Below, in pieces: positions 19,094 through 28,318 of a stretch of DNA of 64,000 bases (within the stretch, counting starts at the first letter, position 1; each line of letters starts with the position of its first letter). Below the pieces are notes generated by a model. It did not search any database and was not told where the DNA came from. It was given only the letters and a program-made list of their open reading frames with translations. Both the position numbers and the translations under genes were made by a program. Origin of the DNA: an uncultured Candidatus Saccharibacteria bacterium (GTDB lineage Bacteria; Patescibacteriota; Saccharimonadia; Saccharimonadales; AWTP1-31); the NCBI GenBank assembly GCA_964641545.1, contig CAZXLT010000002.1:4934-68933 (forward strand), read 5' to 3'.

Positions 19094-20464
19094 CTACGCA
19101 TACAAGCGCTCCTTTATCTCGGCAATTGCCGAGCGAATCTCCACATCTTGGGAAGACTCTTTCTCGATTTTTTCAACAGAGTGTATTGCAGTTGTATGAT
19201 CTTTGCGACCAAGTTCACGCGCAATCTTTGGGAAGCTCAAATGCAACTCGCTTCTGAGCATATACATAGCAACTTGTCGCGGTACAACGATGTCCTTGTC
19301 GCGTTTAGGACCAAGAATATCATCCAAAGAAACCGAGAAATGCTTTGCGGTTCGTTCTATGATTTGTTTAGCGTTGACGTGTCGCGGCCGAGACTTGGCA
19401 GAACCAAGCAACGAACTGGCAAGCTGGAAGTCTGGCGACAAGCCCCGCATCTCTGAAAAGGCCAAAAGCTGATTTAATGCACCCTCGAGCTCACGTATAT
19501 TTGTTTGTGCATGGTTTGCTAATAGCTCGACAACATCCTGTGTCAGCGATACACCATGTTCAGTAGCTTTGGTTTGGATTATGGCGCAACGTGTTTCAAA
19601 GTCAGGCGTTTGCATATCAATGCTCATTCCCCAAGCAAAACGACTTCGTAAGCGATCCTCCAAGGTTGGGATTTCTTTAGGCGGCTTATCACTACTGATA
19701 ATGATTTGTTTGTTGGCCTGATGAAGTGCATTAAATGTGTGAAAAAATTCTTCCTGAGTTTTTTCCTTACCTGCTATAAACTGCATATCGTCAACAATCA
19801 ACACATCAGCACTGCGGTAATAGCCAGCAAAATCCGTATTTTTCTTGTATCGTATTGCGTCAAGAAACTCTTGCACAAATTGCTCAGACGAGATGTAGAC
19901 AACGTGCGAAGAGGGTTTTTTTGCCAGAATTGCGTTTCCCACCGCTTGTATAAGGTGGGTTTTACCAATACCAACCCCTCCATACAAAAACAAAGGATTA
20001 TATTTTTTACCCGGGCGTGCAGCGATTGCCTGGCAAGCGGCATAGGCTAGTTCGTTGCCAGAGCCAACAATAAAGTTTTCGAAGGTATACCGTTCATTAA
20101 GACCTTGGCGGTAGCTGTGGCGTAACCCACTCTTAGTAGCGTTGCTGGTTGGCGAAGGTTTCTCTGTGGCGGAGGTTGGGGCGACAAGAACCGGTTCATC
20201 GGCAATTTTTTTATGAAGACCGGCGGTAAAAATCTTATATTGAATAGCCTTAGGGCGAACTCCATTTTTTTCAAGCGTATCGCTCACGAGCTTGTTGAAC
20301 TTCCGTTCAAGTTGGTTTTTGATAAAGACATTAGGAACGCCCACAACCAACACACCATCTTTGTAACGGATCATTCGGGTGTTTTTGAACCATGTAATAA
20401 AGCTAGCCCTGGAAACGGAAAGCTCTATTTCTCCCAAAACTCCCTGCCACAATGCGTCGCTCAC
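19094..20464 (-). CDS. dnaA: chromosomal replication initiator protein DnaA
   Basis: 456 aa. AAA+ Walker A is LFLYGGVGIGKTHL. The segments LIVDDMQFIAGKEKTQEEFFHTFNAL and the C-terminal DNA-binding region DHTTAIHSVEKIE are also present. Confidence 0.95.
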   Translation of the reverse strand: MSDALWQGVLGEIELSVSRASFITWFKNTRMIRYKDGVLVVGVPNVFIKNQLERKFNKLVSDTLEKNGVRPKAIQYKIFTAGLHKKIADEPVLVAPTSATEKPSPTSNATKSGLRHSYRQGLNERYTFENFIVGSGNELAYAACQAIAARPGKKYNPLFLYGGVGIGKTHLIQAVGNAILAKKPSSHVVYISSEQFVQEFLDAIRYKKNTDFAGYYRSADVLIVDDMQFIAGKEKTQEEFFHTFNALHQANKQIIISSDKPPKEIPTLEDRLRSRFAWGMSIDMQTPDFETRCAIIQTKATEHGVSLTQDVVELLANHAQTNIRELEGALNQLLAFSEMRGLSPDFQLASSLLGSAKSRPRHVNAKQIIERTAKHFSVSLDDILGPKRDKDIVVPRQVAMYMLRSELHLSFPKIARELGRKDHTTAIHSVEKIEKESSQDVEIRSAIAEIKERLYA

Positions 20465-20713
20465 GCCCTCTCCTTACTCGTTGTATATGCAATTCTATAC
20501 AAAACAATGGGACTTTTCCACAATCCAGAACGAGAAAGTCCTGTGATTCAGTAAGAAAGTCTTCAACAGATACGTATTTATACACAGCCAACAAACCCAT
20601 CTGGTAATCTGTGGAAAATAGTTGGAGTATGGTGGAAAACTTGTTAAAATTCGTGGGGTAAACATTGTTAATTTGACTGTTTTGTAATAAACAACGACTA
20701 TAAGGAATCAGTA
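20465..20713. other. dnaA-rpmH divergent intergenic region with DnaA boxes (putative oriC segment and divergent promoters)
   Basis: TTTTCCACA lies at 20514-20522, its complement TGTGGAAAA at 20610-20618, and GGTGGAAAA at 20631-20639. An AT-rich stretch spans 20640-20700. Confidence 0.6.
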
Positions 20714-20851
20714 ATGCCAAAACGAACATACCAACCTAAGAAGCGCCAACGGTCTCGTGAGCACGGCTTTTTAAAGCGAATGGCTACAAAAGCCGGAAAG
20801 CGGGTGCTCAAAAGCCGACGCCTTAAAGGCCGTGTGCGACTTTCGCACTAA
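20714..20851 (+). CDS. rpmH: 50S ribosomal protein L34
   Basis: Found by reading; it is below the ORF-track size cut-off. Translation is [45 protein letters not shown] (45 aa). It sits upstream of rnpA. Confidence 0.9.
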   Translation: MPKRTYQPKKRQRSREHGFLKRMATKAGKRVLKSRRLKGRVRLSH

Positions 20852-20863
20852 AACATAAACCCC

Positions 20864-21256
20864 ATGCTTGGTCGGATGTACCGGTTCCATGGTCATAACG
20901 GGCTTTCTTTTGTGTATAAACGGGGGCTAACTGTCAGGGGTGACCAGTGCAGTATTCGCACCATAGAGAACTCAAAACGACCTGAGTATCGTGTCGCAGT
21001 CGTGGTCAGCAAGAAGGTTGCCAAGGCTGCAGTTACGCGAAATCGGATACGTCGCCGAATCTTTGAGTACGTCCGTAGACGATCGGACGGTATCGCAAAG
21101 CCCCTCGACATCGTTATAACTGTTTTTGCTTCCGAGATGGCCGAGATGCCTGCTGCCGAGTTAGAAAAAACAATCGAGAAATTGCTGGTCAAATCCAAAG
21201 TCATTACTAAGCCAACAACAAAGCCGCGTGCTACTATAGAACAAAAGGAGAGCTAA
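20864..21256 (+). CDS. rnpA: ribonuclease P protein component
   Basis: 130 aa and basic. AVVVSKKVAKAAVTRNRIRRRIFEYVR matches the RnpA signature. It lies in rpmH-rnpA-yidC synteny. Confidence 0.85.
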   Translation: MLGRMYRFHGHNGLSFVYKRGLTVRGDQCSIRTIENSKRPEYRVAVVVSKKVAKAAVTRNRIRRRIFEYVRRRSDGIAKPLDIVITVFASEMAEMPAAELEKTIEKLLVKSKVITKPTTKPRATIEQKES

Positions 21257-22173
21257 TGTTCACGACCCTGATAGTACAACCTATCTTTAACCTACTGGTA
21301 CTTATTTACGCATTAATCCCGGGGCATAATTTTGGTCTGAGTATTATTCTTTTTACAATTCTCGTTCGTGTTCTTATGTGGCCGCTGGTCAAGAAACAAC
21401 TCCACCAAGCTCGTGCTATGCGAGAACTGCAACCAGAGCTCAAAAGAGTTAAAGCGGCAGCAAACGGAGATCGCACAAAAGAGTCTGCCATGATGATGGA
21501 GCTATATAAAGAACGGGGGATTAACCCGTTTGCCAGCATCGGGTCAATGATCGTACAAATACCGATTTTCCTCGGTCTCTACCAAGGTTTAAGCAAAATC
21601 GTTGCCAACCCCCAGGCCATAGTCGACTTTGCGTATTCATGGGTTGGTAGCTTAAGTTGGATAAAAACACTAGCCAGCGATATTGGCAGATTTGATAGCA
21701 CGTTGTTTAACATTGTCGACCTAACAAAACCGGCAGTTGGTAAGACAGGAGGCATTTATTGGCCAGCAATGTTGATTGTCGTAGCAAGCGTGGTTATACA
21801 GTACTACCAAGCAAAGCAACTTATGCCGCAAGATAAAGAACGCAGAAGTTTGCGGAAGATCCTAAAAGAAGCAGGTGAAGGTAAGCAAGCGGATCAAGCA
21901 GAGATACAAGCCTCGATGGGTCGGTTTACGCTCTTTTTGTTGCCAGGTTTCATTTTTATTGTCACCATAAATATCGCCTCAGCGCTTTCACTCTATTGGT
22001 TAGTCAGTGGCGCTGTTGCATACATGCAACAAGCGCGAGTTCTTAGTCAAGATGCGGTCGAGCTCACGACGGCTACAAGCTCAAATAGCAACAAAACAAT
22101 AACAGCCGAAGTGCTGCCACCAAAATCTAAAAAAACTACAAAAAAACAAAAAAGTAAAAAACGGAGGCGCTGA
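21256..22173 (+). CDS. yidC: membrane protein insertase YidC (short, Gram-positive type)
   Basis: 305 aa. LVRVLMWPLVKKQLHQARAMRELQPELKRVK and ELYKERGINPFAS motifs, multiple TM helices and a Lys-rich C-terminal tail. The start overlaps the rnpA stop (TAATG). Confidence 0.9.
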   Translation: MFTTLIVQPIFNLLVLIYALIPGHNFGLSIILFTILVRVLMWPLVKKQLHQARAMRELQPELKRVKAAANGDRTKESAMMMELYKERGINPFASIGSMIVQIPIFLGLYQGLSKIVANPQAIVDFAYSWVGSLSWIKTLASDIGRFDSTLFNIVDLTKPAVGKTGGIYWPAMLIVVASVVIQYYQAKQLMPQDKERRSLRKILKEAGEGKQADQAEIQASMGRFTLFLLPGFIFIVTINIASALSLYWLVSGAVAYMQQARVLSQDAVELTTATSSNSNKTITAEVLPPKSKKTTKKQKSKKRRR

Positions 22174-22179
22174 TAATCA

Positions 22180-22638
22180 ATGGAAAAATCAATAGTATAC
22201 GCAAAGAAATATCTTGAGGATCTACTTTCTTTCTTTGGGCTGAATACGGAGGTATATGCGACCAATAGTGATGACGAAGTAATTGAGCTTCATGTTCCTA
22301 GCACACACTTAAACGGATTTTTGATCGGGCATAACGGCGAAACAATGCGAGCCATGCAGTACATGGTAAGCACAGCTTTAAAAAACAGTGACCACGAAAT
22401 TTCTCGAGTAAACGTCGATATAGCGGATTATAAAAAGGCTCGGGCTGATCGTTTGAGCGACAAGGCAAAAGAATGGCTAGAGGAAGTAAAGAAAACCAAA
22501 CAAGACAAAGCATTAGAACCGATGAATGCGGCTGATCGTCGAACTATTCACAAATTAGCAGGTGATTTTGGGCTAGAAACAGAGTCGGTTGGTGAAGGGC
22601 GTGATCGACACATTGTTGTAAAAGCAGTTACTGACTAG
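22180..22638 (+). CDS. jag: KH/R3H-domain RNA-binding protein Jag/KhpB-like (no Jag_N domain)
   Basis: 152 aa. KH-like segment FLIGHNGETMRAMQY and R3H-like segment LEPMNAADRRTIHKLAGDFGLETESVGEGRDRHIVV. It follows yidC. Confidence 0.8.
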   Translation: MEKSIVYAKKYLEDLLSFFGLNTEVYATNSDDEVIELHVPSTHLNGFLIGHNGETMRAMQYMVSTALKNSDHEISRVNVDIADYKKARADRLSDKAKEWLEEVKKTKQDKALEPMNAADRRTIHKLAGDFGLETESVGEGRDRHIVVKAVTD

Positions 22639-23747
22639 TTGCTAGCGTTCTCGTAAACTTCGAGTGTTTGCTTGGCCATGCGCTCCCAGGAAAAGTGTGC
22701 TACGTGTTTTTTACCTCTCTTAGAAAGTGACTTGGCTAATCCTTTGTCTGCCAGTACCCTAGATATGGTTTGTGCCATTTCAGGCACATCCAAGGGGTCG
22801 AAGTACTCCGCTGCCTCGCCGCATACTTCGGGTAGGCAGGTAGCGTTGCTAGAAACAACAGGCGCTCCATGCACCATGGCTTCAAGTGGCGGGAGGCCAA
22901 ATCCTTCGCTGAGGCTAGGGAACACATATGCTGCCGTGTGTTCGTACAGCCAACGAACCTGCGCATCGGGCAAGAAACCCGTAAACATAACATCTTGGAT
23001 CCCAAGCTTGGTTACGTATTTTTCGAGCAGGCGATAGTTGGCATCGGTTTTTCCAACTAATACTAGTTTTAGGTTTGGCTGTGATCTTTTTACGATCGAA
23101 AAGGCGGCGATTAAGCGATTGAGATTCTTGTGTGGGTTTGGCCGGCCGACATACATAATGAATTCGCAGTCGGTAAGTTCGGGGACCACTGCAGCCTTTT
23201 CTGCCAAAGCTTCAGCCGCCTCGTGTGTCACCGCTATCTTACGGCTGTTGATACGGGCAAATTTTGCAAGATCTTCTTTTACCCAGTTGCTTGGTGTTAT
23301 CAGGGCAGCAGACTTGCGAGCAACAATTCGAATGACTATGCGATAGACGAACCTTTTAAAACGGAATAAAAACCAATTCTTCGAGGGATTATCGAAGCGT
23401 GCTGTTGTGAGATCGTGAACTGTTGTCACGGATTTGCCGCGATACAGAATTGGCTGCTGTGTAAAGCCAAAATGTACAAGATCAGGCCTTAAGTCCTTTA
23501 GTTGCTGTAAAAAGCTGGTTTGTTCTGCAAGGCTAAATTCTTTATAAGGGCAGGGCACAACTGAAAAACGTTTGTTGGTGGGCTTCCACCCATCGACGTC
23601 CTTTGGTTTTAGCAGGACCGAGTAAGTATTCTTACTGTCAACCCTTTGGAGGTAAAAAAGCAAGCGCTCGATGTATCGTCCGCTGCTCGTACGGAGCTCG
23701 CGGGCATCAATTATAATCTTCATACCTATACTTATACCATTTAACAA
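22635..23747 (-). CDS. glycosyltransferase, GT4 (group 1) family
   Basis: C-terminal EGFGLPPLEAMVHGAPVVSSN motif. ATG 23723 (MKIIIDAREL) is the likelier true start. Confidence 0.75.
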   Translation of the reverse strand: MLNGISIGMKIIIDARELRTSSGRYIERLLFYLQRVDSKNTYSVLLKPKDVDGWKPTNKRFSVVPCPYKEFSLAEQTSFLQQLKDLRPDLVHFGFTQQPILYRGKSVTTVHDLTTARFDNPSKNWFLFRFKRFVYRIVIRIVARKSAALITPSNWVKEDLAKFARINSRKIAVTHEAAEALAEKAAVVPELTDCEFIMYVGRPNPHKNLNRLIAAFSIVKRSQPNLKLVLVGKTDANYRLLEKYVTKLGIQDVMFTGFLPDAQVRWLYEHTAAYVFPSLSEGFGLPPLEAMVHGAPVVSSNATCLPEVCGEAAEYFDPLDVPEMAQTISRVLADKGLAKSLSKRGKKHVAHFSWERMAKQTLEVYENASN

Positions 23748-23802
23748 ACAACAACCACGAGCGGTTTCAGGCGAACACAGTGGTTTGTTATAATGCTAAC
23801 AG

Positions 23803-24255
23803 ATGCAAGAAGGTGTTGGGAAATTAGTAAAAACAGTGCGAAGGCACAAAGTTGACCTTATGTTATTTGGCGGTTCTGGCCTTTTGGCGTTTTTGGCTGA
23901 CTTCACTACACTACAGCTCGTCGATAAGCTAAGTCACCGGTTGCTTCTCGCTACGGCTGCAGGTATTTTTGTGGGGTTTATAGTCTCGTATAGCCTTAAT
24001 CAGCTGCGTTTTTCAATCCGCCATGAAAGGGCGCGAAAGCCCGCCAATGCCTTCCCGCTATTCTTCGGATTGTTTTTGTTTAACACCGGTTTTACATTTG
24101 TTTGCTTAAACTACAACGACAATCACCAGTTTTTGCCAAGAATTATTGTTAAGATGGGAACAGTTGGATTTATAATGGTCTGGAACTATATTTTGTTCCA
24201 TGCGTTTGTGTTTCGCGAGAGTAATAGTCAAAGGAAGACGGAGGAGTCAACATGA
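23803..24255 (+). CDS. GtrA-family small polytopic membrane protein
   Basis: 150 aa with four predicted helices. FGGSGLLAFLADFTTLQL and the C-terminal VWNYILFHAFVFR are typical of GtrA-like proteins. Its stop overlaps the gmd start (ATGA). Confidence 0.65.
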   Translation: MQEGVGKLVKTVRRHKVDLMLFGGSGLLAFLADFTTLQLVDKLSHRLLLATAAGIFVGFIVSYSLNQLRFSIRHERARKPANAFPLFFGLFLFNTGFTFVCLNYNDNHQFLPRIIVKMGTVGFIMVWNYILFHAFVFRESNSQRKTEEST

Positions 24256-25283
24256 AGCGTGCGTTGATTACCGGCGTAGCCGGCCAAGACGGGGGGCATT
24301 TAGCAAAGTTACTCCACAAAAAGGGGTACGAAGTTTATGGCATCATTAGGGGTCAGCTAGAGGCAAGCCACCCGAGATATCAGGCGGTTCAAGCAGAGCT
24401 CCCGCACGTAAAGCTGATTATGGCAGATCTGCTAGATCTCGCGGCGCTTACACGGGCAATGCAAGAAATTAAGCCAAACGAGGTATACAACCTCGCCGCT
24501 ATTAGCCATGTTGGCTATTCATTCCGTGACCCATTGCTTACTGTAGATGTGACAGGCAAAGGTGTGCTTAATGTCCTGGAGGCAATACGATTGGCTGGGC
24601 TGCAACAACGCACACGTTTTTATCAAGCATCGACAAGCGAAATGTTCGGCGGGCTTGACTACAACCGTCCAAAAAAAGGATACACAGAAGAGGCAACGTT
24701 TCACCCGAGGAGTCCTTACGGTGTAGCAAAACTATACGGGCACTGGATTACGCGAAACTATCGGGAGAGTTACGACATGTATGCCGTAAGTGGTATTTTA
24801 TTCAATCATGAAGGCGAACGACGAGGACCTGAGTTTGTAACTCGTAAAATTAGCCAAGCTGTAGCCCGGATTAAACACGGTAAGCAAGAGCAAATTGAAC
24901 TGGGTAACCTGGATGCGAAGCGAGACTGGGGGTACGCAGGTGATTATGTTGAAGGTATGTGGCGGATGCTACAGCAAGACAAGCCAGACGACTTTGTGCT
25001 TGCCACCGGTGAAGCGCATTCTATACGGGAATTTTGTGAGCACGCATTTAATGAAGTTGGGATACAGCTTGCTTGGCAAGGCAAGGGCGAAGATGAGATT
25101 GGTGTTGATCAAAACGGAGATGTTCGCGTCAGGATTAATCCAGACTACTTTCGCCCAGCAGAAGTTGATTTATTGCTTGGCGACCCATCCAAGGCTGAAA
25201 AAAAGCTGAAGTGGAAGCGAAAAGTTGGCTTCCCAGAGCTTGTAAAGAAAATGGTTGAGCACGACCTTAAACAAGAAGCCTGA
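24252..25283 (+). CDS. gmd: GDP-mannose 4,6-dehydratase
   Basis: 343 aa. Motifs are MKRALITGVAGQDGGHLAKLL, FYQASTSEMFG, SPYGVAKLYGHWITRNYRESY and GILFNHEGERRG. Confidence 0.92.
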   Translation: MKRALITGVAGQDGGHLAKLLHKKGYEVYGIIRGQLEASHPRYQAVQAELPHVKLIMADLLDLAALTRAMQEIKPNEVYNLAAISHVGYSFRDPLLTVDVTGKGVLNVLEAIRLAGLQQRTRFYQASTSEMFGGLDYNRPKKGYTEEATFHPRSPYGVAKLYGHWITRNYRESYDMYAVSGILFNHEGERRGPEFVTRKISQAVARIKHGKQEQIELGNLDAKRDWGYAGDYVEGMWRMLQQDKPDDFVLATGEAHSIREFCEHAFNEVGIQLAWQGKGEDEIGVDQNGDVRVRINPDYFRPAEVDLLLGDPSKAEKKLKWKRKVGFPELVKKMVEHDLKQEA

Positions 25284-25286
25284 CTA

Positions 25287-26204
25287 CTACAACGAGGCAA
25301 GATAGTCTTCAACAGTTTGACGAAGCGATATAGTAGGCTGCCACCCGCAGGCAACATTTAATGCGGAAAAGGACCCAAAAATTTCCTGCGGGTCATTAGG
25401 ACGTAACAATTCGTTATTAATTTCAATAGGTTTCTCTTTTGTCTCCGAAACCTCAAAGATAAGATCAAGTAACTCCTGCCCGCTCACGCTTTTACCAGAG
25501 CAGACATTGAATATTTTATCGCTCAACATTTCTCGCGTGGCTAATTCTACGTAGGCGCGAACGACATCTCGGACATCAGTGTAATCTCTGCGAGTCGAAA
25601 GGTCGCCTGCCACGATACTTTTCTTATGCAATACCTGGCTCACCAGGTCTGGCAGTAAAAACCCTGCTAACTGGCCTGGTCCAATGTGGTTAAACGGCCG
25701 TGCAACAATGACGTCTAGCCCCTTGGCGCGGTAGCTCTCTAGCTCTTTCTCCATCGCAATCTTACTGAGAGCATACGGAGACCCGTTGCTTATGAGGCTG
25801 CTACTCTCCAGAAGGGGCATAGGTTGGTTTGTGGAGTAGACCGCACCGGTGCTGATTGCCACCACGCGAATCTTCCCAAGATCCTTTTTTTGTAGCTCAT
25901 CCAATAAAACAGTGTGTACGGCTACATTAATATCCAAATATTTTTTGCTATCTTTGAACGAAGCACCGACTTTTGCCAGCCCTGCAAGATTAACGACTGC
26001 ATCGACTTGGTGCAGAGGAATTTTTGCAACAGAGGCAGGGTCGGTAAGGTCGCAAGAGGTGTAGTTGGCGAGCAGCCCAGCAATAGCCTTGTCTGGTTCT
26101 GCCTCAATGCCACACCCAAAAACTTGGTGGTGTTGTTGATGTAAAGCTGCCACAAGATGCTTGCCGACAAAGCCGCTTACGCCAGCAACCAAAACCGTTT
26201 TCAT
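25287..26204 (-). CDS. NAD-dependent epimerase/reductase, GDP-4-dehydro-6-deoxy-D-mannose reductase (Rmd)-like
   Basis: 305 aa. VAGVSGFVGKHL, SPYALSK, ARPFNHIGPGQ and FNVCSG resemble Rmd as I recall it. It is convergent with gmd. Confidence 0.6.
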   Translation of the reverse strand: MKTVLVAGVSGFVGKHLVAALHQQHHQVFGCGIEAEPDKAIAGLLANYTSCDLTDPASVAKIPLHQVDAVVNLAGLAKVGASFKDSKKYLDINVAVHTVLLDELQKKDLGKIRVVAISTGAVYSTNQPMPLLESSSLISNGSPYALSKIAMEKELESYRAKGLDVIVARPFNHIGPGQLAGFLLPDLVSQVLHKKSIVAGDLSTRRDYTDVRDVVRAYVELATREMLSDKIFNVCSGKSVSGQELLDLIFEVSETKEKPIEINNELLRPNDPQEIFGSFSALNVACGWQPTISLRQTVEDYLASL

Positions 26205-26301
26205 ACCATATACTATAACCTAATCGTGACGTTGTTGCGTCAAGAAAAGCACAGATAACAACGCTTTGCTGCAAGATCCTAAACACCGTATAATAGTGTG
26301 G

Positions 26302-27117
26302 ATGTTAGATCGATTTAAAAAACGGTTTCACTACTCTGTTATTTTACTTAAACAATTGGTTAAGACTGACTTTAAGCTTCGATATCAAAATTCTGTCCTA
26401 GGTTATTTGTGGACTCTTCTGCGACCTCTTTTCCTTTTTGCGATACTGTACCTGGTTTTCGTTAAAGTGCTCAATGCAGGAGCAAATATATCGCACTTCG
26501 GCGTCTACCTGCTGCTAGGCATAGTGTTGTGGAACTATTTTGTTGAAGTTACAACTGGCAGCGTTGCTGTAATTGTGGCAAAAGGCGACCTCATGCGGAA
26601 AGTTAGTTTCCCAAGGTACGTTATTGTACTGGCTGGTTCGCTGTCTGCCCTGATCAATTTGCTGTTTAATCTTGGTGTTGTAGCTATTTTTATGATTATC
26701 GATAAAACCCAGATAAGCGCGTATGCAGTGCTGTTGCCGCTATTAATACTCGAGCTATTTATTTTTGGTCTCTCCGTGGCCTTCCTGCTTAGTGCTCTAT
26801 ACGTGAATTTTCGTGATATTGGGTTCGTCTGGGAAGTCATAATTCAGGGAGCGTTCTTCGCCACCCCGATAATGTACGATTTTTCATTCGTTACGTCTAA
26901 GAGTGAATTTGCTGGTAAAATCTTGGCCAGCAGCCCAATCACACAAATAATGCAGGACGCACGACACATATTAATCACGCCGGAGACCATCACTGTGGGG
27001 AATATATTCGGCGGGAAAATAGGATACTTTATACCCTTGACGTTTGTTCTTATTGTGGCTATCTCTGCAGTTTTCTATTTTAGAAAACGTTCCCCATATT
27101 TTGCGGAGGATGTATAG
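26302..27117 (+). CDS. ABC-2 type polysaccharide/teichoic-acid export permease (Wzm/TagG-like)
   Basis: FKLRYQNSVLGYLWTLLRPL motif and six TM helices. ATG 26302 is preferred over the TTG 26266 in the track. Confidence 0.8.
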   Translation: MLDRFKKRFHYSVILLKQLVKTDFKLRYQNSVLGYLWTLLRPLFLFAILYLVFVKVLNAGANISHFGVYLLLGIVLWNYFVEVTTGSVAVIVAKGDLMRKVSFPRYVIVLAGSLSALINLLFNLGVVAIFMIIDKTQISAYAVLLPLLILELFIFGLSVAFLLSALYVNFRDIGFVWEVIIQGAFFATPIMYDFSFVTSKSEFAGKILASSPITQIMQDARHILITPETITVGNIFGGKIGYFIPLTFVLIVAISAVFYFRKRSPYFAEDV

Positions 27118-27119
27118 CT

Positions 27120-28316
27120 GTGAGTGAAGTAGCGCTACGCGTAAACAATGTCTCCAAGAACTTTCTGCTCCCACAGGAAAAAAACGACACGTTTAAGAAC
27201 CTGTTTACAGGACTCATAAAGGGCAAAAATAGTAAGGCAAAAACAACACAACACGCACTACAAGATATCAGTTTCGAAGTTAATAAGGGTGAATTTTTTG
27301 GTATCGTTGGGCGTAACGGCAGCGGTAAAAGTACTCTGTTAAAAATATTAGCCGGTATATACCAGCCCACCAAAGGTGCAGTCGAAAAACAGGGTAGATT
27401 GGTACCGTTTATTGAGCTTGGGGTTGGCTTCAACCCAGAATTAACAGGACGAGAAAACGTCTTTCTTAATGGTGCGCTACTTGGTTTTAGTGAAAGTGAA
27501 GTCGCCGCTATGTATGACGATGTGGTAGCTTTTGCAGAGCTTGAAGAGTTCATGGATCAGAAGCTCAAGAATTACTCATCCGGCATGCAAGTTCGTTTGG
27601 CTTTCAGTATGGCAACGCGGGCCGAAGCAGACATCTTGCTGATAGACGAAGTCTTAGCGGTAGGAGACGCTGACTTTCAGCGAAAATGCTTCGACTACTT
27701 CTTGAAGCTTAAAGCTCAAAAAAAGACCGTAGTTTTTGTTAGCCACGATATGAACGCGGTGCGGCTTTATTGCGACAGGGCTATATTGATTAATGATGCT
27801 AGTTTGGTGCAATCTGGGAGTGCGCAGAAAGTCTCTGATGCATACACAAAACTTTTTGATAAACCAAACAAAGTTGGCACACAGAAGAACAAAAGAAAAT
27901 ACGAAAGCACTGGGCGAGATGGAAGCGTAGCAAATATTAATGCTGTGAGTATCAACAAGATGGTAACTTTCCCAAACGACGTAAGGTTTTCGATTGATAT
28001 TGAAGCCAGACAAAACACGGAGGAACTGATTGTTGGATTTGCTCTTAAGAACGAAGCAAAGGAAAAGCTTGTTGGCACAAACTCAGTTATTCTACAAAAG
28101 AAAATCGAACCTCTTCTGAAAGGGCAAAAAACAACCGTCAGAATTTCTCTGCCCAATATTTTTTCGTCCGGCACGTACTATTTAGACGTTGCTTTGCAGA
28201 CTAAAGCCTATAGGTTTATTGATGACTGGGAAGATGCGGCATGCTTCGAAATTGTTAACCGGTTCACGACACCGTACAAGATTAGTCCTGAGTTTGATTT
28301 AACAGAAGAACGATAG
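27120..28316 (+). CDS. ABC polysaccharide export ATP-binding protein (Wzt/TagH-like) with a C-terminal glycan-binding-type extension
   Basis: GTG start. Walker A is GRNGSGKST, the signature is YSSGMQVRLAF and Walker B is ILLIDEVLAVGD. About 140 extra C-terminal residues follow, as in Wzt proteins. Confidence 0.85.
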   Translation: MSEVALRVNNVSKNFLLPQEKNDTFKNLFTGLIKGKNSKAKTTQHALQDISFEVNKGEFFGIVGRNGSGKSTLLKILAGIYQPTKGAVEKQGRLVPFIELGVGFNPELTGRENVFLNGALLGFSESEVAAMYDDVVAFAELEEFMDQKLKNYSSGMQVRLAFSMATRAEADILLIDEVLAVGDADFQRKCFDYFLKLKAQKKTVVFVSHDMNAVRLYCDRAILINDASLVQSGSAQKVSDAYTKLFDKPNKVGTQKNKRKYESTGRDGSVANINAVSINKMVTFPNDVRFSIDIEARQNTEELIVGFALKNEAKEKLVGTNSVILQKKIEPLLKGQKTTVRISLPNIFSSGTYYLDVALQTKAYRFIDDWEDAACFEIVNRFTTPYKISPEFDLTEER

Positions 28317-28318
28317 AA

